A stretch of DNA of 64,000 nucleotides from contig JABIHA010000126.1 of assembly GCA_018649885.1 (NCBI GenBank), forward strand, positions 1 through 64,000, given 5' to 3'. Positions within the stretch are counted from its first letter, which is position 1. Every line of letters begins with the position of its first letter. Shown piece by piece: positions 1-10,200 of the stretch. The notes below the pieces were generated by a model that did not search any database, had not been told where the DNA came from, and saw only the letters and a list, made by a program, of their open reading frames with translations. The DNA comes from Bacteriovoracaceae bacterium (GTDB lineage Bacteria > Bdellovibrionota > Bacteriovoracia > Bacteriovoracales > Bacteriovoracaceae). A program made the translations under genes and the position numbers.

Positions 1-15
1 TGAAATAGAATTCAT
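1..15 (-). CDS. 5' end of a gene running off the left edge (MNSIS...)
   Basis: Minus-strand ATG at 15 preceded by AAAAGGA SD-like sequence; only 5 codons visible. Confidence 0.3.
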
Positions 16-70
16 AATATTCCTTTTGGATGGATTTTTGTTTGGCGATAAAAATCATATCAAAAGAATT

Positions 71-99
71 AACTACGGCCATTACGCATGGCCGTAGTT
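71..99. terminator. Perfect 12-bp inverted repeat (terminator-like or operator)
   Basis: AACTACGGCCAT-tacgc-ATGGCCGTAGTT followed by T run; lies between apparently divergent genes, so role is uncertain. Confidence 0.45.
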
Positions 100-234
100 T
101 TATGAAATCATTCAACTATTTTCTTAAGTTAGCAGCATTCCCTCATGGCACTTTTCTTCGTGCGAGTAGCCCCGACAGGGATCAATTTGGCTTTGGCTGA
201 AGTTTCTAGTGAATTTAACCGACGATAGTGGTGT

Positions 235-1209
235 ATGAATTTAATAATATCACTAGTAATTATGTTTATGAATCAATCATATTCTAAAGAGGGAGTTATT
301 CAAACTCCTGACCAATACATAGACTTGGTTACAACAAATAAAAAAGGCCTAGACCTAAATAATGATGGCGTTATTGATTTTAAACGAAAATATAATAACA
401 ATAAGCTTATTGAATATAGCTACGACATAAATTTTGATGGAGTTATGGATGTAAACTGGAAGCGTGGAAAAATTTTTGACCAAACTTTATTTGATAAAAA
501 TCTTGATGGGAAAATCGATTACATACAACGTAAATCAACCAAAGTCTCAGGCGATCACAGTTTTTCAAATATCCACTTTCCCATTATCACTCATGCAGAA
601 ATTGACAGCAATTTTGATGGAGTATTTGATAAGTCAACCAGCCATAGCAGCACTGAGTTCTCCATTGGTGGTAGCTGGGCAACATGCGGTGATAGACAAG
701 CACCAGGCTGGTATGATTTTAAAAGTGATTTAGAGGGGCTTTCTGAAATTCCTAGTACCAACCACACAAACTTTGGTTACGTTATTGATAGTAGTTGTGA
801 TGAAACTCAAGTTGCACGACTAAGAAATGTTATATCTACTTCAGTTGATAAGTCATTCAATTGCTTAAAAAATAATCCCTTGCTAAGTAAACTTGCATAT
901 AATTATGCCATAAAATTATTTAGTCATCGACCAAGAATCACTTGTGGTCAAATTAAGCAACCCATAGAAAAATGCGCATCAGGAAGACAGGGAGGATCAC
1001 TCATTACTTTTCACCCTCACAGCTTTACCTCATGCTATGATTTACCACAATTATTGTTCCATGAAACATTGCATAATATTGGTGCAAGACACGAAGAGGT
1101 TTTAGATAAAAGTACAGACCTGATATACTCTTGTGCCCGGTACTGCTTCAGTTCAACCTACCCAGATGATCAAAGTCGTTGTGAGCAACTAAGCCAAAGT
1201 TTATTCTAA
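235..1209 (+). CDS. Secreted protein with DxNxDG Ca-binding-like motifs and a C-terminal metzincin-type Zn-protease motif
   Basis: Signal-like N-terminus; DLNNDG, DINFDG, DKNLDG, DSNFDG; HETLHNIGARH matches HExxHxxGxxH; Cys-rich C-terminal half. Confidence 0.7.
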   Translation: MNLIISLVIMFMNQSYSKEGVIQTPDQYIDLVTTNKKGLDLNNDGVIDFKRKYNNNKLIEYSYDINFDGVMDVNWKRGKIFDQTLFDKNLDGKIDYIQRKSTKVSGDHSFSNIHFPIITHAEIDSNFDGVFDKSTSHSSTEFSIGGSWATCGDRQAPGWYDFKSDLEGLSEIPSTNHTNFGYVIDSSCDETQVARLRNVISTSVDKSFNCLKNNPLLSKLAYNYAIKLFSHRPRITCGQIKQPIEKCASGRQGGSLITFHPHSFTSCYDLPQLLFHETLHNIGARHEEVLDKSTDLIYSCARYCFSSTYPDDQSRCEQLSQSLF

Positions 1210-1384
1210 ACTCTAAAAAAAAATAGAAACCTGAGTGTAGGTCTTTGTCGTCTCTATTTTTTTAGTTTACTTTCTTCAGCTGTGTGAAAATGAAAAGATG
1301 CAATCAACGCCTTGCTCCCGACATGTATATTGGCACGAATGTGATTCAGGAGTATAGTACCAAGTGCGATACATTGAGGATTAA

Positions 1385-1684
1385 ATGAAAATACAAAATG
1401 AAGTTGAAAAAATACTACAAACTAAGCTTGGGCCAACTCACTTAGAGGTGATAAACGAAAGCCATATGCACAATGTAGCTGAAGGTTCTGAATCACACTT
1501 TCGGGTTGTTGTGGTCTCCGAAAAATTTGAAAATCAAATGCTGATCGATCGGCACAGAATGGTCAATGAGGCCTTGGGTGATTTGCTCAAAAATCATATC
1601 CACGCTCTCGCCATTATTTCAAAAACTCCAGCTCAATGGGAAAAAAGTCAAAATAACGGGCAATCGCCAAAGTGCTTGGGTTAA
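1385..1684 (+). CDS. bolA: BolA family protein
   Basis: LEVINESHMH, ESHFRVVVVSEKFE, RHRMVN, IHALAI, SPKCLG motifs; SD GAGGA. Confidence 0.95.
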   Translation: MKIQNEVEKILQTKLGPTHLEVINESHMHNVAEGSESHFRVVVVSEKFENQMLIDRHRMVNEALGDLLKNHIHALAIISKTPAQWEKSQNNGQSPKCLG

Positions 1685-1844
1685 TAAAAGTCAACAAGTA
1701 GAGACTATGTCATTATGATTGCACAGAATTTAACTGACAAGAATTTATAGTTTTTGAATTTAGAACCTCTATAATGATGCAACTAGCGCTACCCGTGTAA
1801 CTGAAAATATTAAAAATAGAGGCCAAATAAGGATGACGAAATAT

Positions 1845-2099
1845 CGCTAGCTGCCCACCTCTGTAGCAAGTGGCGGCCGTTGAAGTTTAGTGATTATTCC
1901 TATAGTGACGTGCCAATCTCGTCTTTTGCAGCCTTACGCTATGAAATGAAAAATGATGACCTTTCGGCGGCCCACGCTGGGTCCGAAAGCTAGCGCTTTC
2001 AGTCTGGCCTTCTCGTTAAGCTCCTGAGATCGTTATTATGCGCCCCTTCTTTTGAGCACGATGTCCACACAGTGTTTATAGAGGTTTTGTTAGCTAGCG
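1845..2099. other. About 255-bp imperfect long palindrome (attC-like, MITE-like or structured RNA)
   Basis: Ends CGCTAGCT..ACCTCT / AGAGGT..AGCTAGCG; inner ATAGTGACG..ATCTC / GAGAT-CGTTATTAT; central CTTTCGG..CCGAAAG; all share an axis near 1972-1975; more GC-rich than flanks. Confidence 0.5.
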
Positions 2100-2128
2100 T
2101 CAGTGTTGGTCTTTGCTTTACCTTGCTC

Positions 2129-3874
2129 CTATGGGGCATACTCTACAGCACCGATGTCACAAATTTCAACACCATTTCCATCACCATCAGCCTTCCTATC
2201 TAAAAATTTGTTATCCTTACTCAGTACAAATCCAGTCTCAGTCGTGCAATCAGACGCTACGAAGTCAACTAATGGGGATGTCGCATCCATGGGAGAATAG
2301 GAGATAAATGAACCTACCGTACCATACCGATAGTCATTATTGGGTGAACCTAAAACTGGATCTAACACCCCAACAGATGGATCTGTAGAATCTCCAATGT
2401 AATTGTAGCTAATAAATGTAGAAAGAGAGCAATCTTTCCGATCACCCAGAAAATTGTAATAATACATTTTTACATTGGCACTACTAAAGCAATCAGGACC
2501 TAGGCCAGTAGGAGCGACATTAATATTTTTAGCGATAAGTGATGCATAAAAAACTAGTGCGCCTGAGCAAGTTTGATCAGCATAGAAACCACCACCATCA
2601 TATAGTGCTTCATTTTTAACGATTGTAACCATCCTTAAATTAATAAATGGGTATGAGCTCGCTGAACAAGCAAGTCCACCACCACTTCCAGCTATATTAG
2701 AAGAAATAGTTGTATTATAAGCCTTGAAGTTAAAGCCACCTCTGGCCTTCAAGAAAATTCCTCCTCCGGAATTTCCCGCAATATTAAAATTTACAGAATT
2801 TCTCATGAAAATATGACTCTTTCGTGATTCATCAAAATACACCCCCCCTCCATCTCTCGAGGAAGTATTTTGTGAAAATGGAGAATCATAAATTTCGGAG
2901 CTGACATCATCAAGATAGAGGCCTCCTCCTAAAATAGAGCCAGTGGTAGAAGAGTTATATGTAATGGCATCGTTTCTCCAAAATCTCAAACCTTTTGCAT
3001 GCAACTTAGAAGTGGTTTCACCATCACTTGTCGCATACATACCTCCCCCAATAGCAGACCCACTATCTCCAGTAGTTAGTACTTCATTGTATCCAACATA
3101 GGATTCTTCAAATTTTATCAAATTGTTATTCTCGGAGTAAATACCACCTCCAAACGCATTAAAGACTGAGCTTAAGAAATTAATATGTACTTTTGAGTCT
3201 TTGAATATGACTGTTTGATTATCCTCAAAGTAGGCTCCTGCTCCAAAACCTTCAATATGATAATCCCCAATTATTTTATTATAGAAAATTTCAGTGTTCT
3301 CGAAAGAAACATTTTCTGAATCTTTTACAAATACTCCAGCCCCTTTGAGAACCTGTCCATCGTCGCTAGAGGTTAATTCACAATAAAAAATCTGCGTTTC
3401 TTTAATTCTAAAATCTAAAATGTTCTCAGCATAAATACAAGCGCCTTCCCCACTACCAACTAGGCTTCCTTGACCAATATAAAGTGTATCTAAATTTATC
3501 TCAGGTATAGCTTGAGTATTGTTGTTAATATAAAGCACTCTATTTTGACCACCACCTCTGATTTCTGTAGTAGAGGCGCCACTATTGTAAACCAAACCGA
3601 TTATATCCATAGGCGATGTAATTTGAAGCTCAGAATTTACGATGTAAAAGGTTCCTGCAAGAGAAACTGTATCATGGCTGGAAAAATCAAAATTTGCTTC
3701 TTCTACAGCAGCACGAAGAGTACAGTTCCCGTTGTAGTCTGCGCAAATACCATCTCCTACATTTGAATCACTATTGTCGAGGTTAGAGCTAACGGTGTAA
3801 GTCGCACTATAAACAGAAAGAGAAAGAGAAAGAGAAAGAGAAAAGAAAAAACATACTAAATAAAAACTCTTCAT
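2129..3874 (-). CDS. Secreted CSLREA-domain beta-helix repeat protein with choice-of-anchor Q-like C-terminus
   Basis: Signal peptide; DGICAD..GNCTLRAAVEEAN; repeated GGGIY/GGGLY and N-x-A motifs; terminal DGDGNG..CDIGAVE. Confidence 0.85.
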   Translation of the reverse strand: MKSFYLVCFFFSLSLSLSLSVYSATYTVSSNLDNSDSNVGDGICADYNGNCTLRAAVEEANFDFSSHDTVSLAGTFYIVNSELQITSPMDIIGLVYNSGASTTEIRGGGQNRVLYINNNTQAIPEINLDTLYIGQGSLVGSGEGACIYAENILDFRIKETQIFYCELTSSDDGQVLKGAGVFVKDSENVSFENTEIFYNKIIGDYHIEGFGAGAYFEDNQTVIFKDSKVHINFLSSVFNAFGGGIYSENNNLIKFEESYVGYNEVLTTGDSGSAIGGGMYATSDGETTSKLHAKGLRFWRNDAITYNSSTTGSILGGGLYLDDVSSEIYDSPFSQNTSSRDGGGVYFDESRKSHIFMRNSVNFNIAGNSGGGIFLKARGGFNFKAYNTTISSNIAGSGGGLACSASSYPFINLRMVTIVKNEALYDGGGFYADQTCSGALVFYASLIAKNINVAPTGLGPDCFSSANVKMYYYNFLGDRKDCSLSTFISYNYIGDSTDPSVGVLDPVLGSPNNDYRYGTVGSFISYSPMDATSPLVDFVASDCTTETGFVLSKDNKFLDRKADGDGNGVEICDIGAVEYAP

Positions 3875-3938
3875 ATATTCCTTTTGATTTCTAGGTTAAA
3901 AGAAGTGTTGGTCTCATTTCATTAAACTCGGTTAGGAG

Positions 3939-4177
3939 TTAGAAATAATTAATCATAAGTGAACAATTTTTAAAAAAATCACGAAAAGAATAAATAGAAA
4001 AAGGTTGTCTACTAACAAATCCAATTGAGCCAAAAATGCTAATATCAGTTTCGGCAATTCCAGAAACTCCTTGTGCCATTATTTCAACATAATTTGTAAA
4101 CTCTGATGGTAGTATCTCTACCTGTCCATAGGAGGTGTTTAAAGTAATTAAAAAAGTAATGCTACTGTACGTCTCAT
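3939..4177 (-). pseudogene. Possible frameshifted remnant of a small secreted-protein gene
   Basis: SD AGGAGA + ATG at 4177 gives MRRTVALLF*; one extra T in the T6 run would give signal-like MRRTVALLFLITLNTSYG-QVEILPSE... open to 3939. Confidence 0.35.
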
Positions 4178-4556
4178 ATTTATCTCCTATAGGATAAAAT
4201 GTTTTTCAGTTATTAATGATTTTAATTTGAAAAAGGCATAAAAAATATTAAGAAATTTGTTATAAATTAAATATATTGGAAAGGAAAATAGTTCAAGAGT
4301 ACCAAACAAAGTGTTCCATTAAGGAACTCTAGCAAGTTTCAAAAATAAGATAATTCGAAAATAATACCATTCTTATCGTTCCAAAAATATCTCAAAAGTT
4401 GTTCGCAATTTATATGTGTTTTTTAAATACAGTTTTTATCATTTGGCAAGGTGGAGTGAGAGACGGACATGTAATGTTTATAGATGTGAGGGAGGCCACT
4501 TTCCAAATTTCGACTTTCGTATTATTTTCCAGAAAAATATTATCTAAGGAAAAAAT

Positions 4557-4991
4557 ATGCAGCTTCTAAAATATCTTATTCTTCTAACCTTTTCATTTTC
4601 TGCAATCGCTTCAAGCACTACAGTAGAATGTTCCTTAAAGTTGGGGACCCTTAATCAAGAAGCAGCGCCGGTTAAAGTGCAGCTTAAATTTCCTGCCAAG
4701 TACAGTGGGACGTTGAATTTTGAATCTTGGGTATTTGATGGCATAAGTGAAAATGAGTCCTGGTTATTGAATCTTACCACAAAAAGAGTTTTAGAATCTG
4801 ATACTGGTTACAAAACTTCGGCAGCATTTGATATTTACTTGTCAGCTGTAGAGGGAAACGTATCGCCTGAAAAAGCTCAATCATTGGGGTGGCTTGACCA
4901 AGATAGTGTCAAGGGTGATTTTTTTCAGCAAGGTGGTTTTTCAGTTCCTAATACAGATTATTTAATTAAATGTGGCATAATTTACTTATAA
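4557..4991 (+). CDS. Secreted hypothetical protein
   Basis: SD AAGGA, signal peptide ending SAIA, two Cys. Confidence 0.75.
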   Translation: MQLLKYLILLTFSFSAIASSTTVECSLKLGTLNQEAAPVKVQLKFPAKYSGTLNFESWVFDGISENESWLLNLTTKRVLESDTGYKTSAAFDIYLSAVEGNVSPEKAQSLGWLDQDSVKGDFFQQGGFSVPNTDYLIKCGIIYL

Positions 4992-5049
4992 TTCTGAATG
5001 TTATAAATCCTTTGCCCCTGGTTTTTTATTGGCATCATTACAGTGAATA

Positions 5050-5514
5050 CTATTTAAGCCACTCAAATAGATGGTAGTGCTCTTTATTCATTTCCAGAAA
5101 ATGATAGGTATCAATGGCCACTTGATTGCTTTTGTCTACATAGAGTCTAAGACCTGCAAGCTCATCTGATCCATCAACTATTTCTTGAAGGTGCTGGTAC
5201 ATAGATTTAAAAATACCTGTTCTTCTGAATTCTGAGTCAACGTAAACAGAGTGAATCCACAAAACATTTCGGGCCCTCCAGTCACTCCACTCTTTTAAGG
5301 TCAGGAGCGAGGCCACTACTTTTTCATTTTTAAGAGCAACATAATAAGTTCCCACATGAGGGTTTTTGAAAACGTGTTCAACTCCCACTTCAACTGTCTT
5401 TGAATTTAGCTTCAGATCCTCACTTTCAAAGGCCAGCTTGAGTTGAAAGTCAGTAATGACAGAGGCATCTCTTTTTAAATTTGCTTGCTCTACCACAAAA
5501 GTATTATTCTCCAT
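5050..5514 (-). CDS. GNAT family N-acetyltransferase
   Basis: EWSDWR..LWIHSVYV..FRRTGIF, GLRLYVDKSN; overlaps lysA stop. Confidence 0.9.
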   Translation of the reverse strand: MENNTFVVEQANLKRDASVITDFQLKLAFESEDLKLNSKTVEVGVEHVFKNPHVGTYYVALKNEKVVASLLTLKEWSDWRARNVLWIHSVYVDSEFRRTGIFKSMYQHLQEIVDGSDELAGLRLYVDKSNQVAIDTYHFLEMNKEHYHLFEWLK

Positions 5515-6802
5515 TTATCAAATCCTCGAAACTTTCTTTTTCTCTAATAATAATGCTGTCACTGCCATCTACTAATATCTCAGCAATTTTTGGCCGAGAA
5601 TTAAAGTGTGAGCTCATGCTAAAGCCGTAAGCCCCTGTGGACATAATGCTTAAAAACTCTCCATTTTTTATTTCTGTTGAAAACATCCTATCACTGGCAA
5701 AAAAATCAGAGCTTTCACAAACTGGGCCTACTATCTCAGAATTTTTTAAATTGGATTCAAGGTAGTTTTGATTTACTGGGAGGATGTGATGGTAACTTCC
5801 GTATAAACACGGCCTTATTAGATCACTCATGGAGGCATCCACCACCAAAAAATCCTTAGTCTCCCTGGGCTTTCTATAAAGTAGCTTGGTCAATAAAATC
5901 CCAGAGTTGCCCATAATGATTCTACCGGGCTCTAAAAGTATCTGGTAATTGCACTGACTAAAGTGCTTTTGAATGGTGGCAGTATAGTCTGCAATAGGGA
6001 TTGGCGTTTCATCGTGATATTTAATACCAAGTCCACCGCCCAAATCGAGACATTTAATAGTCCCTGGATAACTTTGATTGATGTCAGCCGCCAAATCTTT
6101 AAGATCCACAAAGGCCTCTTCAATTGGTCCGAGATCTAATAGCTGGCTTCCAATATGGATAGAGAGACCATGAAGGTCTATGTGAGAGAGCTTCATTATG
6201 GTAGGAAGGATCTGCTCAATTTCTTCTCGGTTTATGCCAAACTTATTTTTATGAAGGCCTGTTGAAATATAAGGATGAGTTTTTGCATCAATGTCTGGAT
6301 TAAATCTAAGAGATATTGAGGCCTTAACTCCAAGGGTTTTGGAAATCTCTTCGATCTCCAAAATCTCTTCCAGTGACTCAACGTGCAGAGATTTAACCAT
6401 GCCAGCAGCCCCATCGAGGGCCATTTCGATTTCTTCGCGAGTTTTCCCCACTCCAGAGAAAACTATTTTTTCCGGGTCTAGTTCCGCACGCCTAGCGCGG
6501 TAAAGCTCACCGCCCGAAACAATATCTACCCCTAGGCCCAATTCGTTCATCAGCCTGAGAACACTTAAATTGGAATTACTTTTAACGGCGAAGCAGATTA
6601 AAAAATCTAGTCCATCAAGGCCTTTTTTTAACTCACTCACCTGAGTTTTGATGGCCGTCTTTGAATATATATAAAGAGGACTTCCATGCTCTTTTGCTAA
6701 AGCACCAAGGGCCATGTCCTCTATATGAAGCTCATCATTAATATAGTTAAACTGTGGAAACCCAGTATCCAATGCTCTGCCTTTTGTTATTTTTGTCTTC
6801 AT
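5504..6802 (-). CDS. lysA: Diaminopimelate decarboxylase
   Basis: FAVKSN (PLP Lys), DIVSGGEL, HIGSQ, LDLGGG, EPGR, GPVCESSD, GAYG; start moved to ATG 6802 with SD AGAGG. Confidence 0.95.
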   Translation of the reverse strand: MKTKITKGRALDTGFPQFNYINDELHIEDMALGALAKEHGSPLYIYSKTAIKTQVSELKKGLDGLDFLICFAVKSNSNLSVLRLMNELGLGVDIVSGGELYRARRAELDPEKIVFSGVGKTREEIEMALDGAAGMVKSLHVESLEEILEIEEISKTLGVKASISLRFNPDIDAKTHPYISTGLHKNKFGINREEIEQILPTIMKLSHIDLHGLSIHIGSQLLDLGPIEEAFVDLKDLAADINQSYPGTIKCLDLGGGLGIKYHDETPIPIADYTATIQKHFSQCNYQILLEPGRIIMGNSGILLTKLLYRKPRETKDFLVVDASMSDLIRPCLYGSYHHILPVNQNYLESNLKNSEIVGPVCESSDFFASDRMFSTEIKNGEFLSIMSTGAYGFSMSSHFNSRPKIAEILVDGSDSIIIREKESFEDLINGE

Positions 6803-7103
6803 AGCACCTCTACTATAAAGAAAAAAGATGGTTGATAATAACAACAGGGGTTTTGGAACAAATGTTCCAAAAATAACATTACCTGCGATCAATTCGGCAC
6901 CGCTACCGGTCAATGTGGTCGAAATGAAACCGAAAATTCTTTTGATGACTTGAAATTTAAAGAGCTTCTAAAAAAAATTCAAGTAAATACTCCATACATT
7001 AAAGAGACAAACCTAAGACTGGGCGCATCATTCGAGAATAAAATACTGGCCTTCACCTATTTATAATAAAAAATAATGAAAATTGGCCCCCCGCATCTTT
7101 CAT

Positions 7104-7119
7104 TGGCCCACACTTTGCA
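7104..7119 (+). promoter_or_regulatory. Sigma-54 (-24/-12) promoter
   Basis: TGGCCC-ACACT-TTGCA vs consensus TGGCAC-N5-TTGCW, about 115 bp upstream of the large secreted-protein gene. Confidence 0.6.
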
Positions 7120-7234
7120 TTTTAACCCATCAAAACCAAATCCAGGATGGAATTGAGGACACATTGGCACTTAGATGCCGTCGTCCCACTAAGTATTAGA
7201 GATGAGAATTTTAAAAAGTTATGAGGAGAATTTC

Positions 7235-10200
7235 ATGTTACGTCGCCAATTCCGCGGGACCCTGTCCTACACAGTTATGCTTACTACACTTTTATCAATA
7301 CTTTCATTCAACCAAGCTCTCTTTGCCCAACATGGTAATGGGAATCACGGTGGTGGAAACCATGGTAATGGAAACCATGGCAATGGAAACCACAATGGTG
7401 GATCCGGAGATACCTTCACCATTGGTGGCCAAAACCAAAACTGGGAAGATAGCTATAAAGGGAGAATCAACTTTAAGCTAAGTGATGACTCAAAACTTTT
7501 CGAGGCCAAGAAGATGGTTAGGCGAATGGAGAGAGAGCTAGAAGTTAAAAGCTCACAATTTGAGACTATTAAGTCAGCACTAAAAGCCCTTGAATCGAAA
7601 AAAAGTGCACAGGTGAGTAAAAGAGATAAAGCTGTTGCAAAAATAGATAGTGCTAAAGCAGAAAAAACGGCACTTACAACTCAGAAGCAAACACTAGCTT
7701 CACAAATGGCCACCTTAAAAACGCAAATCGCGTCGCTAACCACTAAAATTAATCAGCTGGCACCACAAGTTGAAGCCCTTAGACAAACAGTGGCCACGGA
7801 AAAAGAAAATGTTTCAAACTTGTTAGGCGCCCATCGTGAAGCAAAAAGAATTTTGAAGCTTCAAATGGATCAGTGTCTTGCAACTGAAACGCAAGTGGCC
7901 TGTAATCAAAAACCGGCCATCAAGCAATTAAAAATGGCAGTAAGAGAAACAAAAGAATTATACACTCAGGCCAATCTTGCTCTTGCAGCAATGAAAACTG
8001 CTTTGAAAGAAATGGATACTAAGCTTGCAAGACTTAATTCACAAAAAGATCAAAAGGTTGCAAGTAAGGCCCAGAAGAAGACCAAGCACGATGCAATCCC
8101 TGCAAAGATTGCACAACTTAATACAAATATTCGAACCTATAAGGCCCAAAAAGAGGCTGCCAAGACACAAATTCTCAGACTTAATCCTCAGATTTCATCA
8201 AAGAGGAGAAGTAAGCAACAGGCCAAAGTAGCAGTTGAAATGGCCGCATCTAACGTAGCTATGGCCCAGCAAGCAAAGCGTGCTATTAAAGATCAATTGA
8301 TATCAAGAATACTCGAGGAAAATGAAAGAGGGTTTTCCATGGGGAGAGGTGCAGGAAGAAGTGAAGGAGAAGAGCTCGCTTCTAGAAGAGGAAATCAATA
8401 CGGAGAAGCTCACGGTTTACAAGAGGGTCGTGCAGCCGGAGAAGATTTTGGGAAGCAGAGAGATTACAATATTGGAGAAAGACAAGGTGAAGAAAAAGCA
8501 AAAACTGATGCGAATGTAAACGGAAAAGCTGATGGCACAAGAATTGGTCGCTCTCAGGGAAACAAAAGAGCAGGCCAGCTACAGGGAAATAGTGACGGTA
8601 TTGCAAATGCCATTGCATCAGATGCTGCTAGAAAGGGAGCTGCTGAAGGGGCAACAAAGGGAATGGATGAGGCCATTAGTTACGGAATGAGAGAGGGTTA
8701 TAGAATTGGGGAAGCTCAGGCCATAAGTAATGAGGAATCTAAGCCACTAACAGGTAGAACAGTTAATGGACCATTTGCAGGGACATTCGCCCATTACGTT
8801 CCCGGCTATCCTGAAAATGGATCACCTCATTTATTTTATGATTCATCATATGCCACAAGGATTAGAAGAAGACTTCCTAAAACGGCATTTTTAGATGGAT
8901 ACCGTGCTGGCTACCATAGGGCCTCACAAAGAGCTTATGAAAGACTCATCGATGGAATTTACACTCAGGCAAAAGACTACTACTACGAAGAAGCTTATAC
9001 TAGAGCGCTTGAAGTTGAGTACACTGCAAGTTTTGATCGTGGCCATAGATATGGTTACGGCAGGCTATATTCTCCCAACTATGAAAGGGTTAAAGAGTAT
9101 TACAGAGGCCGTGCCTACAGTCAGTACTTATCAAGTCCAGATTTGGGTTCGAGAGATTACAAGGACTCCTATGCAAGTGCCAAGTCCTCTGCCTATAGAC
9201 AGAAGTATGCTCAGATTAAAGCTGCCTCACTTGAGGCAAAAAGAAGTGAAGTTTTTAATAGTAATAAAGCAGGACAAACAGAAATTTACAGAAAGAAAAG
9301 ATATGCTAGTGCAACAAAAACCTACAAGAACTACCCTGTCTTATCATTTGTAAAATCAACTCTTAGTGACCACGGAATCACGAAAGTTGGCGCAGCTGAT
9401 GCAAAATACCAACCAGGGGAAAATGTCTCAGTTGATATTATCATTAAAAATACAGGGCATAAGACAGCAAGCGGAGTAAGTGTAACTCTTGCAAGCGGAG
9501 AGAGAGCAACACTTCCAGCAATTGCGGGGAAAAGTACAGTCACAGTTAAAGGTGCAATTGCTACGGCCATTAGTGGTGGACAACAGGTTGGATCAACATT
9601 TCAGACAAGCTTAAGTTTAAAGTACCTACTCAAATCAAATGATTCAATTCAAGGTGCTTTTTATGATCAATCAGGCCAAAGCCTAGTTGCTTCTGGAAGA
9701 AAAAATAGTAAGTCGGTAAGTTATCCATTTAACTTGTCGATGGTAAGCATAAGGGGAGAGATCATTCTTGGGGGAGAAAATGATCTAAGTGTAAGTGTGA
9801 AAAACCAATCAGCAAGATCGTATGACGGTGATTTACAAGTAGAGCTGAATAGTTCTATAGGCGATATCACAAGCGAGTTGTCTCAACTCAGTCATTATGC
9901 AAAGGGTACGAGCTCTCTTACGGGTGCAAAAATTCTTGTTGATGGTGAAAGAAACCTTTTCTCGAAAGTTTATGTGAGTGCCACTATTAGTAAAAATGGT
10001 GTCTTACTTGGCAGCACAACTACTGATGCTGTCAAGTTAGTCAAAACTCTTTTTAAGAATAAAAAAGGCGTTCCCACTATAGTGGCCGATAGTGAGAGTG
10101 CTTATTCTGAGCTAAAAGATTTGATGGCCGAATTAGGTGGGATGGATAGCTTTGCAGTTCTAGATTTAAGTCTTGGAAGTGCCAATAAAAAAATCTTAGA

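Noticed and set aside
3815..3838. (AGAAAG)4 as a phase-variation tract
   Set aside because: A hexamer unit keeps the frame and only changes the SL count in the signal peptide
7165..7180. Second sigma-54 site TGGCACTTAGATGCC (also TGGCAC at about 147, 1331 and 52281)
   Set aside because: The -12 TTGC element is absent or mis-spaced
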